64,000 nucleotides of DNA from Botryllus schlosseri (GCA_051294905.1 CM119385.1:11904001-11968000), one strand, 5' to 3'; shown: positions 24,661 to 36,822, numbered from the stretch's first letter. Numbers and translations: made by a program. Notes: generated from the letters alone by a model not told the origin.

Positions 24661-26018
24661 ACAACCTTGCGTGCAGGGTGAGGGTGAGACAAGGGGAATC
24701 CCCAAAAACACACCGTTTCGTAGTCAACATATTTTATTATAAAGAGGCCTTACAAAATTTACAATCACCACCCTTATAATTACAATAACCATTTTCTTTG
24801 ACAATCATATCATGATAACGTAAAGATCTTAAATATTTGGCATGCTCTCTAACCAACATATCGGTAATAATTTCATCAGCAATCTTAGGATAACCATTCT
24901 TTTTTAAAAATTCAGCAATTTTACGAGTACTATAATTATGGACACAAGGTACTTTATGAGAGTGTCTAACGTGCTTGTGTACTCTACCACCGATTTGACG
25001 AGGCAGTTGAGCCTTAATACCTTGGATATAAATAACAACACGCAAATAATGCAAAAATGATGTAATCTTTTTACGCCTACCCCAACCTTTACCACAATTA
25101 CGCCAAACAGTTGAGGAATTTTTACTGTCAAGACTGATATAATGTCCGTGATCAATCTCAATATCATCATCATAACAACACTCGCACCAATGATCATTGA
25201 CTGGTACAATATGTTTTTTTACTCCATCCTCTTGTCCTTTGGTATAGATAACATGATAAGCGTGATTATCCTTGATAACCTTTTTAATAATATCATAGTG
25301 TCGACAAGTCTCAAGGATGAGTCCTTGTATTTGACTGTCTTGATCTTTATCCTCATTAACGTAACTCCAATCTAGTATAGGTAATTTGGCCTCGGTTGTT
25401 TTGGGTTTATTTGGTCCCTTTAAACATCTTTTAATATGGCGAGCAATACCAGATTTGTTGATCTCTTTAGTGCAGTGAGGGCACGATACTTTAGTAATCT
25501 TCATGATGTTCACCCGTTGACAATCTTTTTGGTAATGACAAATGATTGCAAATCACCCTCCTTATATACTTTTTGAGTTGTTTTTTATTAATAATTAACA
25601 AATTACGCAACCAACAAAACAATAAACTCAGAGAGGTCGTGTCCTTTGGTTGACCTCTATTTTTTAATTGCCTCGTAAAATTGGTGGTAGAGTACACAAG
25701 CATGTTGGACACTCTCATAAAGTACCTTGTGTCCATAATTATAGTACTCGTAAAACTGCTTAATTAAAAAAAATAATGGTTATCCTTAAGATTGCTGATG
25801 AAATTATTAATGATATGTTGCTTAGAGAGTATGCCAAATATTTAAGATTATTACGTTATCATGATATATGTTTGTCAAAGAAAATGGTTATTGGAATTAT
25901 GAGGGTTGTGGTGATTGTAAATTTTGTAACGTCTCTTTATAATAAAACATGTTGACTACGAAACGGTGTGTTTTTGGGGATTCCCCTTGTCTCACCCTCA
26001 CCCTGCACGCAAGGTTGT
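24661..26018. mobile_element. Fold-back unit with ~350-bp inverted arms (outer 70 bp identical) enclosing an intact ORF
   Basis: 24661-25008 is the reverse complement of ~25665-26018. The termini are acaaccttgcgtgcaggg...ccctgcacgcaaggttgt. No TSD was seen. Confidence 0.85.
24737..25513 (-). CDS. Unknown 258-aa intronless Cys/His-rich protein with an N-terminal C2HC-like zinc finger; probably TE- or virus-derived
   Basis: A 777-nt uninterrupted ORF in otherwise decayed DNA. Motifs: CPHC-x12-H-x3-C (CPHCTKEINKSGIARHIKRC), HWCECC, and C-terminal C-x6-C-x2-C. Family not recognised. Confidence 0.6.
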   Translation of the reverse strand: MNIMKITKVSCPHCTKEINKSGIARHIKRCLKGPNKPKTTEAKLPILDWSYVNEDKDQDSQIQGLILETCRHYDIIKKVIKDNHAYHVIYTKGQEDGVKKHIVPVNDHWCECCYDDDIEIDHGHYISLDSKNSSTVWRNCGKGWGRRKKITSFLHYLRVVIYIQGIKAQLPRQIGGRVHKHVRHSHKVPCVHNYSTRKIAEFLKKNGYPKIADEIITDMLVREHAKYLRSLRYHDMIVKENGYCNYKGGDCKFCKASL

Positions 26019-27764
26019 GAAAGTACGACATGCCGCCGAGCTCATATAAATAACGATATATATTGAAGTCGCACTCACCGTAGACGTTAGGATTAACTCG
26101 AATCGGTCATATCAAATAATTTGGAATATACACCTTATGTAAGGATCAATCACGTGATCAATATACTTGATACACATTCAACACCATACGAAGTACGAAA
26201 TGCCAACGCAGCCTATACCTGAAAGTACGACATCTTGACGCACCCCTAAGAAACAATGGCAGCGATTGGTGGGTCTGAAAGTACGAATCGCCACCACGAG
26301 TTTCGCGGCACCGGTTGAGCGATCGCTATACCGAAAAGTGTTACCGTGCGAGAGATGCCTATACTAACCCAGGCTGGTTGAGCGAAAGGGGGGGGGGGGT
26401 CAAAAGGGTCACCGGTTCAACACGAGTTTCGCGGCACCGGTCGAGTGAGCCCCATAAGAGCCCATTACGAATCACGAGCGATCTACTTACTATATAACAC
26501 TTTGCGCGAATAGTAACCTTTAATAAAAAATATGGTGGACCGTAAAAATGCCATATTGTGTAGCTTTATTACTACACTTGCTTTTATACTTCAACGTGTA
26601 TGTTATCCAGACAAAAGAACTGATATTAGTTATAACTCAAAGTATAGGATACTGGGAAAATTAAAAGTGAAATATAAATACTACTTGTAAAAGTGGAACA
26701 TGTATTTCATGCCTTTAGTCCCGAAAGTTTCAAAGGTGGTGTGCTAAAACCGCTCTAAAACTAAAAAAAGTCAGAGTCCATGTTTTCAGATTAGGACACG
26801 CCATGGAAATGCTAGATTACGATTGCGATTGCGAAACATCAGTTTCAAACGTTATGATGAGCCATACTGTGATGAATTATGTCATATGGACGAAGGGCGA
26901 CAATGTGGTGTAAACGGAACCAGCACGCCAACCCGCGACCTAAATTATATTCACCGATACTTTCGTGAAATCATCCTGGTCACTCCGTATCCACTGCGCG
27001 TGAAGCGCGACGAAAATTCTTGGCTTTACTCAACTTTTGTGAAAATTAAATGTCGATACCCAGTGAAAACAGCCCTGATATTCCTCAGGCCATCTTCCTG
27101 ATTGGTGGATTGAACTACTTCTACTCGACAAACTGAAAATAGCGAAAAGTAAGTAACTAGACCACAAAATATTACGAAGTAGAAGTAGCGAAAATCAGAT
27201 CTACTTAAGTAAGTACCAGAAGTAGAGAAAAACTAGTTGAGTACTTCGAAAAAGTAGAAGTACTTCGTTACTGACCACCTCTACCATGGGCTCGAATCGC
27301 TCAGCCCTCAACTAATGTCGCAATGAATGCTTACAATTCACAGATCCGGCAAAAGTATCCTTAAATTCGATGCAGGCGACTTGCTGTAGGCCTACTGTAC
27401 AGTCTCACGCAAAGATACAACATCCTCTTACTTCGCAGCAACGCATATGAGAATGTGAGATGCATATAGCGGGGTTGCCGGAACAAGTTGCGGAAAAGGG
27501 TAAGATATTGTCAGATTCGGGGCCAATTAGGGGCATATCTCAAAACAACAGGAGTGAGCATGAGCATAAATAGGGAAATTTCGGTGGATGACTAGCAGTC
27601 TTATTGATAGTTAAAACAGCAGCTAGCAAAGTATCCTTGTTAGCGGGAAATATAGCTTGCATCAGATAAAAGGGATACCGACAGTAATAATACTTGAAAA
27701 TTTAGTCATCAAAAAACACGTAGCATGCACTGTACAAAAGCGGAATAAAACGAAAAATTATTTC

Positions 27765-28975
27765 TCGTATTCTATTCGTAATTAACCAGGACCAACTAAA
27801 AATGGAATTGAATTAAAGTGATTTGAAAGCTCTTTCCGGTGATGTGTTGTATTTTATTTGTTGGTCAGGTACACTCTTGAATCCGGCCAAAAATCTGAAA
27901 TTTGCCGTACATTGGAATTGAGGCCAGCAATGGAAGCAATGCCCGACGGCGCTATGTTAAGTAACTTTGGTGCTCGTAATCGTAATTAAACAGACGAGCC
28001 GACAACTGAAAATAGATTTTTATTAAATATATTTGAAAGCTCTTTCCAATGATGTGTTCATTGTTTGAATTGTAGGTCAGGTAGGCCTACACTTTTGAAT
28101 ACGGCCTGACATCTAGAATTTGCCGTACATTAAAATTGAGGCCAGCATGACCGACAATGCAATGTAACGTAATTTGATACTAGTGTTCGTCATTAACCTG
28201 GACGAACTGAAATATGAAAATGGGTTTTAATTTAAGTAATTTGAAAGCTCTTTGCGATGATGAGTTCATTGTCTGAATTGTAAGTCAGGTACACTTTTGA
28301 ATCCGGCCTGACACCTGGAATTTGCCGTACATTGGCATTGAGGCCAGCAATGCCCGACAACGCAATGTAACTTAACTTTGATACTCGTATTTGTAATTAA
28401 CCAGGACAAATTGATAACTGAAAATAGATTTTTATTCAAGTAATTTGAAAGCTCTTTCCCCAATGATGTGTTCATTGTCTAAATTGTAGGTCAGGTACAC
28501 TCTTGAATCCGGCTTTATCAGGAATTTGCCGTACATTGGAATTGACTCCTGCAATGCGCCCAACAGCGCAATGTAACTTAATTGTGATACTCGTATTCGT
28601 AATATACCTGGACAAACTGAAATCTGAAAATGGATTCGAATTGAAGTAACTTTAAAGCTCTTTCCGAGGATGTGATAATTCTCTGAATTATAGGTCAGGT
28701 GCACTTTTGAACCCAGCCTGAAATATGACATTTGCCGTACGTACATTGGCATTGAGGCAAATTACCGAGAGCACAATATCGAGGAAAGTTGCTTCCCGTA
28801 TTTGAAAGGAACCAGGACGAAATGCAATCTGAAAAATACGGTGCTTTGAAAGCCCAAATGTGTATTGATAGATCCGATTATTTAATAGGGCAGTCGGTGC
28901 TTAGATGGGTTAAGGGTCATTATTCTGTGTTCGCAAAAAGAGTCTTTCACGTGATCACAAAACTTCCGCCGAAAT
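27765..28975 (-). repeat. Right arm of the ~1.2-kb long inverted repeat, with 5 tandem ~205-bp units
   Basis: The anchor gccgtac occurs at 27904, 28122, 28324, 28528 and 28734. The outer part ends ...cagtcggtgcttagatGGG|TTAA (28907-28913). Confidence 0.85.
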
Positions 28976-29904
28976 TTCGCCAGGACGGCTACAGCTGAGG
29001 ATATCGCGTTGGTGAGCATCGGCGCCATCTACGAGGCAGCCCGGGCTCTCGGCCCGCCGTCGGAGGTTACTCTGGACTACTCGTCCCCCGTGTTGCTGTT
29101 CTGACGGCGACAAAGAAAAACAGAAAAAATATACCCTAAAAAAAAGAAAAGAGCAAGAAATATAGCCTACCTTCTAAAAAGGACTAATGTAAAAAAATTA
29201 ACATGCGAATTTAATTATATTTTCATCTACCCAAGACACGCACATAATGTACAATGGGATATACAAGACTCACAATGCGATGTGAACAGATAGGGGGATA
29301 CCCAACGACGTTGGGGGTTGGGGTCTCTTGACACAGTCTTGTCCATGTTATTCCTTCTTCGTCGGTGTCTTTTAGAAACTATTTCTTGCTCCTATCTCTA
29401 CCGGGTGCGCCTCCGACGGCGGGAATTGAGCCCAGTCCGCTTGATGAAAGATGGCGCCGACGCTCGTCACCATTGCGCTTTTTCCCCCGACACCGTGACA
29501 TTCAGCACTAGGTCGTGGTGGACTCCAGTCGTTCAAATCAATGTACAATGTGTATAATGCGATGAGACACAATGTGATGTAATGAACAGATATGAGGATG
29601 TCGAACGACACGCAGTTGCAGTCTTTTCCACGTTGATCTTTTGAAGCCCTGCCAGTTCTTTGCATTCATTTCTTTCGTCGGGTCTTTTTCGTAGCCGTAA
29701 CGTACGGCGGGGGAAGAGGAGCCCAGCTAAGCCTCAGATTAGTGGGCGATACGCTATCCCACCCGCCTCTTTAGGCATCGTCCTATCTGTTCATTACATC
29801 GCATTGTGTCTTATCGCCTTGTAGCCTACATTGTGTGTTTCTTGTTCGGATGAAAATATAATCTGACGTATATTGATATTGAGTTGGAGTATAGTCTTTG
29901 ATGA

Positions 29905-30027
29905 GAATAGTATATTCATGTTGAAATGAACGCGGATATTTTCGGCTGACACTCGGGTTCATTTCAATATGAAGTTACTATTCAATTGTATACTGAAGTT
30001 CTGTTCTGTACCTCCAAGAAGCTCTTC
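29905..30027. mobile_element. Fold-back element family, heavily internally deleted copy
   Basis: The short left arm (ttgaaatgaac...ttcggctgacactcg) is fused directly to the right arm (ggttcatttcaatat...ctccaagaagctcttc). Confidence 0.75.
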
Positions 30028-30030
30028 TTT

Positions 30031-30085
<55 letters not shown>

Positions 30086-30092
30086 AAGAGAG
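30031..30092. repeat. (GA)n microsatellite
   Basis: Direct reading. Confidence 0.9.
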
Positions 30093-30187
30093 GTGCGCTC
30101 AATGATATATTATCATCGTAGCGTCATCGCCATAGCTCAATAAATTGCATTGTAAAATCATGGAAGACTGAATGGTAAAATGTAAAC

Positions 30188-31142
30188 CAGAGATGAGCGG
30201 ATTTGGAATTTCCATGTCCTAATCCAATCCAAATCTGAATCTTTAAATCGAAATCCAAATCCTAATTGATAACTTTTTTATATTCAATTCCATGTCCAAT
30301 CCTAATCCGATTCCAACTGGAAATTCAGAAAACATGCAAATTTATGCAAGGGAGGGATTGGAAAATTTTCTTTCACAACCAACGATTGCCTTGATTCAAG
30401 ATAACTATAACGCAGAGCGAATGTTTGTAGATGTATAATTGACTCCAGAAGGTTGCGTTTACAATTCGCTGCGTGTGTTCCTTTGCGTTCGACGGACCGG
30501 CGTAACCACGCCGTACGGCCTTGTTGGCTGACGTACCACCACCACGACCTGTCTATTGCACACGTATTCGATGGATCACACTGACGAACATATTTTGTGT
30601 CTGTCTCCACGACTTGTAACTTTATTGAATCACGTACGTCCGAATCAGCGAATAATGAATTAATGTATATGTGTATATACGCTGTATTACATTCGTATAT
30701 ATATCATAGCCACGAGAGATTACATGCACCAAACATCGTATGATTTATTTCTCTTATCTATAATTCACACGACAAATAGACGACTCACGAAGGTCTTTCG
30801 GGTTTTCACTTCAGGGAATTAGGTAAGGTTCACAACGCTCCCCATTGCTCAAATCTTAAAATGGCGTGAACAATATATTTCGTTAAAATAACCTAGTAAT
30901 CATAAGTACATTTATTACTGATCTGAATAAATTTTATTGCCGTTCGCCACACGACATATCAATCTCCCCCTCTCTCTCTCTCTCTCTCTCTCCCAGAAAA
31001 TAGGTAAATCCAATCCAAATCTTAATCCGTTCAGAAAAAAAATCTTTAATCCTAATCCACTCAAAATTCGTCAAAATTTAACAAATCCTGTTTTTTCAAA
31101 TCCTAATCCTAATCCATGCTCAATTGCTCATGCTCATCTCTG
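30188..31142. mobile_element. hAT-type non-autonomous element with aatcc-rich subterminal repeats
   Basis: TIRs cagagatgagc / gctcatctctg; 8-bp flanks atgtaaac/atgtaagt. Confidence 0.7.
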
Positions 31143-31832
31143 ATGTAAGTAAACCCCACTGATCCGGATACGGTATTATAAAAAAACTACATATCCGGAT
31201 CCAATACTACTTCAACTATCAGTATCAAACAGAAAAAACTCAGTTTCAGAAAAGTATTGCCGGATTCTCTGCGTAGATGAGTGCTTTTGGAAATGGCCGT
31301 CGGTAGGTGATTAGACGAAGGTAAAAAGGGCAGATTTGATCGGAGGATGCGAGAGGTAATAATGAAGCAGCCCAAATTGCACCGGTTGTATACATTCAGG
31401 TTTTTAATTAAATTGTAACTAGCTGAAAAGTCACGTATGAAGCGGCATAACAGCTCGGGGTGGTAGATAATGAATGGCAGTATATAATATATCTGTGATA
31501 TCCTTGTGTGCAACATCCACGATGTGATTCATCTCAACTAGAGGTGATACACTATATGTCTTCGATTTAGGCAGTATGTCAAGAAAATGACTTTAAATTA
31601 AGATCTTTTTTCACCTTCAGCATTATGCTGTTATTGAAAGTTCAGTGTTTAATGTTAATAGTATAGTATCTAACAAGAATTTATAGCATTTTACAATCAC
31701 TTTTAAAATTATATCTGGTCTATAGAGACTGGCTGGTCTAATATATATTGATTTCTTTTTATATAGTTTGAACTGTACCGTAGTGTTCCAGATTATATCC
31801 GTACATCTGGATTCGATTCTTACAACCACACG

Positions 31833-32498
31833 ATGCCGAAGATCATCACTGGAACTATGGTCTGTACAGACACCAAAGACCAGGAAACTTACACAGAATC
31901 GAAGCCGTTGCATACTTATTATTGCCTTTGTGGGCAACTCATACTCATATTGGATTGTCCGTTACAAAGGCTGCCCTTGAGAAAAAGAGACAAAGCTCGT
32001 GTCATTAACAAAAAGAAGCATGCTTGTCGTTTTAATAATGTCGACGAAGATGAGGTAATATTTCTAAAGTGGTCAGATGGAATCGAGAAGCAATACCGAC
32101 AGAAGTGCAAAAGGTGTAATCTCCCGCTATTTTACCGACACAAAGGAGATAACCAAGACATCATATTTATCTACTTTGGTGGATTGGTTACAGAAGGCGA
32201 TAATGTATTCAAGATCAACGTCAACAACAAACCGAAGCAGCCGTCACAGAAGAAGATCACCCTCGTTAAACAGACAAAGGACATGGGAAAATTCAGCTCG
32301 GTCACGGTTTCTACAATTGACGACGAGGAGGAGGCGATGGAAGCACGAGAGGTTGCCGATTCTTATGCAGCCAATGCAAAAGTAATCGAAAGACAACTGG
32401 AAAGGAAAGGGATGCTGAAACGGAAGAGCAATCCGTCGGGAGGAAGTGCCGGCCTTTCTAAAAAAGTCAAGGGCACGTTAATTGATGGAATGGGTTAA
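31833..32498 (+). CDS. STEEP1: STING ER exit protein (UPF0428, CXorf56 ortholog), 221 aa, intronless CDS
   Basis: Motifs KPLHTYYCLCGQLILILDCPL..LPLR..D, EKQYRQKC..C.LPLFY and KDMGKFSSVTVSTID.EE...EAREVADSYA.NA..IE.QLERKG match the recalled CXorf56 protein and its length. Confidence 0.92.
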   Translation: MPKIITGTMVCTDTKDQETYTESKPLHTYYCLCGQLILILDCPLQRLPLRKRDKARVINKKKHACRFNNVDEDEVIFLKWSDGIEKQYRQKCKRCNLPLFYRHKGDNQDIIFIYFGGLVTEGDNVFKINVNNKPKQPSQKKITLVKQTKDMGKFSSVTVSTIDDEEEAMEAREVADSYAANAKVIERQLERKGMLKRKSNPSGGSAGLSKKVKGTLIDGMG

Positions 32499-33475
32499 AA
32501 TGTTGTTTTATTTGCAATATATTGCTTTGTATACATCCTGTGTGGTACGTTTGGACTTCAGTGGGTTGATCTCGAGGAGAGTCATCTTTGCATAATTTTG
32601 ATCTTAACCTTCAGTCCTATCGAGATGCGGAAAATACCGAGGCGTGTCACGGCTATTCTATGTGCAACGTTCTGGTACCGTACCGCATCCTCTCAATAAT
32701 TTTGTGTCTTGTAAAATTTGTATTCCATATATTTATATGGTTAACATACGACATCCTTCGGGGCGATTTATCCTCCTTTTTTGAGAAATCGAAAATGTCC
32801 TTTTTTGCAATTCATTCTTGCTTTATAGCTTTGACAGCCAGGCGATAGTACAGGCACAACTAAAAAAATCTGGATTTCGATGGCAAGGATGATAAATAAA
32901 GGTGAACCACAATCTAAATTACGTTAGAGTGGGTCTTTCGGGTGTCGAGTTGGAAAAAATAACCTTTGTTTTAGTCTACACATCAGTATTTCCCCGTAGA
33001 AATTTTTCAATTAGATATTTTCTCGTCCAATCTTATAAGTATTGTGATTTGTAAAAAGTGTCATCTTTTCCAGATCTCCAAAGTAAGTGCTTGTGAAGAA
33101 TTAAGTAGCATGCATTTTCGATGATAAGGTGACTCTGCATTGGAAGTGTGACATGTAAATAATGGGAATTTCATATTTCCTCCAATTTGACTTTTCATGA
33201 CTACCAATTGATTTGATGCGAGTCACACATGCTACTTATGTGGGCAGCTGCAACCAGGAAGCAGTTTACAAGACGCATTGATAAGGTGCTCGTTCCTAAT
33301 AACGACAGGATCGTTGTTTGATATTCATTGTGTCTAAACATCTTGGTAATGTTTCTCCAGGCCGATAGCTGCATATGCGATTCCTGAGTCTAAGACTTGA
33401 TAGCACGATCTATTTCCGTTCTACGCTTTTGTCAGACAACGCTCGCACGGATAGGGTCAGTCAGTCAGGTTTATT

Positions 33476-34222
33476 AATATTTTCATCGTTTCAAAACATC
33501 ACAAGACTGCGATACAATGAAAAGATAGGAAGGTGTCGAAACAACTTGGAGTAGCCATTAAGATCAGACACCCACCTTAGCCTAGGCGAAGTAAATAAGA
33601 GGCATGCACACTGAATGAGAAGTAATGCAGAGAATATAAGACGCAAGCGTGAGGAGGGGCCTAGTTAAACCTCCCACACTTAGGAAGGGAACCCAACGCC
33701 AAGAAATTTCTGGGTAACAGATCAAATATTTCCATATTCGAGCGCTGAGGAAAGTTGCAGGTTGGCAGTGTCATGTTTTACGTTAGGCCCGTAAATAGGG
33801 AGTATATTGTGCCAGTGATCAATTGTAAGAAAATATTTTTGTTGGAAAATTCTTCCTCGAACGTGAAATCTCAGGCTATCATGCAGTTTTCTAGTATTGA
33901 CAATGGCGTAGCCGGCCGTCAGTTACAATTACAAATATAAAATAACACCAACAACATGTCGCTACGAAATAGATAAAGATAGAAAATATTTATTTGTCAA
34001 CCGTGCAAATCAGTATCGTACATATTACAAAAATGCGATACAGAGATAGGAATATATAGACGGGACTTTCCATCAAATCCTACATGTCTCTAATTTACAT
34101 CGCTTAGCTGGTGTGAACCCAGGTGGGTGTCTGATTTCAAATACTACTCCAAGTCGTTTTGACATCTTCCTCTCTTTTCTTTTTATCGCAGTCTTGCGGT
34201 GTTTTGAAACGATGAAATTATT
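33476..34222. mobile_element. Degenerate MITE with ~100-bp imperfect TIRs
   Basis: tttcatcgtttcaaaacatc...gatcagacaccc (33481-33575) is inverted to gggtgtctgat...gttttgaaacgatgaaa (34122-34217). Confidence 0.6.
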
Positions 34223-35432
34223 TATAAACTGACTGATATTGAACGAAGCCGAGCCACCCAGGCTAGAAGAAATAATGATTTATATATGGTGGCTGAGTCT
34301 TCAAACGAAGACCATCATGTGTTTGTGTGGCACGTGTAATATGTGTTTTCTACAGTCCGTATTTTACGGGACACCGGGCCCAGTCGGAATCAACTGTTCT
34401 GAGGTTCGGATTATTAATTTGCCAACTACAAAAGATAACAAGATCGCTCTAGTATAAGCTTCAAAATTACCTCAAGCGAAGATATCTATTTAATGCACTG
34501 GAAGTGCCATTACGCAGGATTCATTCATCATGTAGTCAAGTTAATTAGCACTTATCATACACTCAATCCACGATGCCTCATACCTAACTACTAATACGGA
34601 AGACGGTAGTAGTTGCTCAGAGATGAGGCCAATCAGCGCACCTGCAGGGCTTTCAGTCAGTTGTAAACTGTCGAACAACTTCTGCTGAAAGCTTGATCGG
34701 GCTATAGGCGCGTTTAGGCTACGCGTTGAGCGTCTGAAATACAATTAGACGCCGAGATAAGGCACGTCTAGTTAGCGGCTTGGTACTGCCTTGTGAATAT
34801 CACGTTTATATAGTACTGTATCTGGGAGATTTACGATAGGTTTTTGGATTTTAAATGTGGTTGTAAGAGTTAGGAAGTCAAGTATATATATGCTGTCATT
34901 TAAAATCGATGGTAATGCATCGCAACGCATTCAAATCAGTATGTTGCAACATTGGGATTTTCTATCGAAATGGGCTTATATGCTTATCCTCATAGCTGCA
35001 GCCTAGGCTAAAAGTTCGTTAATCGTATGAACCCGAGCTAGGATTTTTTTGACTATTATGTGTATTACTATTATTGTGTGTACAATATGGTATTGTTTTT
35101 CCACTTATTAGTGGAATGGTATCTATCACGCGACAGCAGCCCGATCAACACTGCCACGACCAAGTAGCGTTGTTATTGTCTCGATAAGCTACGTCTGAAG
35201 ATGAGTTGGAATAATATTGCTGGAAATTTTCATAGGAATTACTATAGTATAACACCCATCACAAGCGGTGTCGTCAACGTAACATACCATATGTCCAACT
35301 AAATTAGAGCAGTCGGTGCATCTTCTTGTAAGAGCAGGCAACCCTGGTATAATTAAACTCGATTTTAGCTCTGCAACGACAGTACTGTCTTCCTGTGAAC
35401 AGTGCTACCATATGTTATCACAACCTCACAGG

Positions 35433-35547
35433 CAGGACCGGAACAGTACTTTGTCAGGCGCTGGCCCCTAACATGTTCGCCTCTATGTTTACTTGTGAAA
35501 TAATTTTGGGGCCTCTTCAATTGCGGGGTGCGGCTGTTACGGTACTG
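35433..35547. mobile_element. Minimal deletion derivative of the 40234-41502 hAT family
   Basis: Termini caggaccggaac / gttacggtactg, with shared subterminal gggtgcggc.gttacgg. Confidence 0.55.
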
Positions 35548-35683
35548 CTCAGGTGTTGACTATTGTCACTCCTACATTTAGCGGCCTCATCTAACTATTA
35601 CATTGCACACCACCACTGTGTGGGTATATTCTCATTGCTCACCCACGACGTGATGTGGTAGTCTGTAGGCTACTTACCTTAAT

Positions 35684-35982
35684 CAGTGGTTCTCAACCTT
35701 TTTTTAAACACGCCCCCCTTTATGACACTGAAAAATTTCGCGCCCCCCTTATCGTCATATCACAGAATCCAGCCCGGATGATAGCAACCCCAATAGATTG
35801 TTTGGTGGCATGTAAGGTTATGACTGTTGACGAGAGAATTAAAAAATTTATATTCGGTCTATATATCGAGAAACACGCGTGAATTGGAGGTAAATCGCGC
35901 AGAGCGCGAAAAATTTCTTCAGTTGACCGTTTCTTCGCGCCCCCTTCAGATGCTTTCACGCCCCCCAGGTTGAGAACCACTG
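35684..35982. mobile_element. hAT-Charlie-type MITE
   Basis: TIRs cagtggttctcaacct / aggttgagaaccactg; flanks accttaat/ccttaaat. Confidence 0.85.
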
Positions 35983-36822
35983 CCTTAAATGATTAGAAAA
36001 CTTCTTTATACCTGAACTTGGTTGAAGTCAATACATATGAATTTGCATGAATACAAACTATACCTCGTTTCAAGGAAGATAAGCACCAGTGTTCGGAATA
36101 CCGATCAACTAAAAATGACGGGAACCGATCGAAATGTTGATAACTCGTATAGCATTTATCGTCCTCGGGTGATAGGCTGCAACCTATAGATCGTTTGTTA
36201 TGACCATAAGGTTAGGTATCACAGTGAATTCGAGGTGATAATTGTATATCAGCTCATAATTGTAAAACATATCAACGATATGAAAATAAATCGACAAATA
36301 AAAGATATTATTATGATAGCTATCTATATAATCGACTCGCGGTACGCCGTTGCATCTATTTTTAGATTTAAAAGTGATTCGAGCTTTTCTCCCGCTTTCT
36401 GTCCGGCGTCGGTCTTATAAAAAGAACCGGTGTTTCTCGAACATCATTCGAAACGATGCAAAGCTGCTGTGCGTATTGTAGACTAAATTGTCCGTTTTGT
36501 CGTACATCCACGGCCACCGGGGTAACTTTAGCAATAGGCCATCGATACTGCATCTTTGTTTGTCGTGTATGTTGTCGATCGAGCAGCATTCATCACTCAG
36601 CAGACCATTCTTTCTAACTAAAAATGAATTGCTTCTGCAACCGGAAACGCGACTCAGCAAGCGCCCGAACCTTAGGCGATTGCAAGCTTTAAGTTACATG
36701 CATACGGAACGCTACTCTAACACGCGGCTAGTCGGTATGAGCCTGTTTCATAGAAGTTGGAATTGAGCTTCTTGAATACGATTATAGGGTTAGCTATAAT
36801 TAATCTCAGTCACATTGCAAGG

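Larger units (their letters stand above)
20314..26487. mobile_element. Putative decayed Maverick/Polinton-like (or other DNA-virus-derived) element
   Basis: The inverted termini AGTAGATCGCTCG...CGAGCGATCTACT continue as ~80 bp of inverted homology (20314-20394 vs 26346-26373 plus 26435-26487). The 6-bp flanks are tagtat/tactat. The interior holds stop-ridden intronless ORF remnants. No pPolB or integrase was recognised. Confidence 0.4.

Noticed and set aside
19842-27283. A single intact hAT element defined by the tagaggtggtca ends
   Set aside because: The 8-bp flanks (tatcctgg/ccatgggc) do not form a TSD; kept only as part of the nested-structure finding.
36415-36660. Possible decayed THAP-domain sequence (SRVSGCRSN...W...LC)
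   Set aside because: It needs several frameshifts to fit and the support is too weak.
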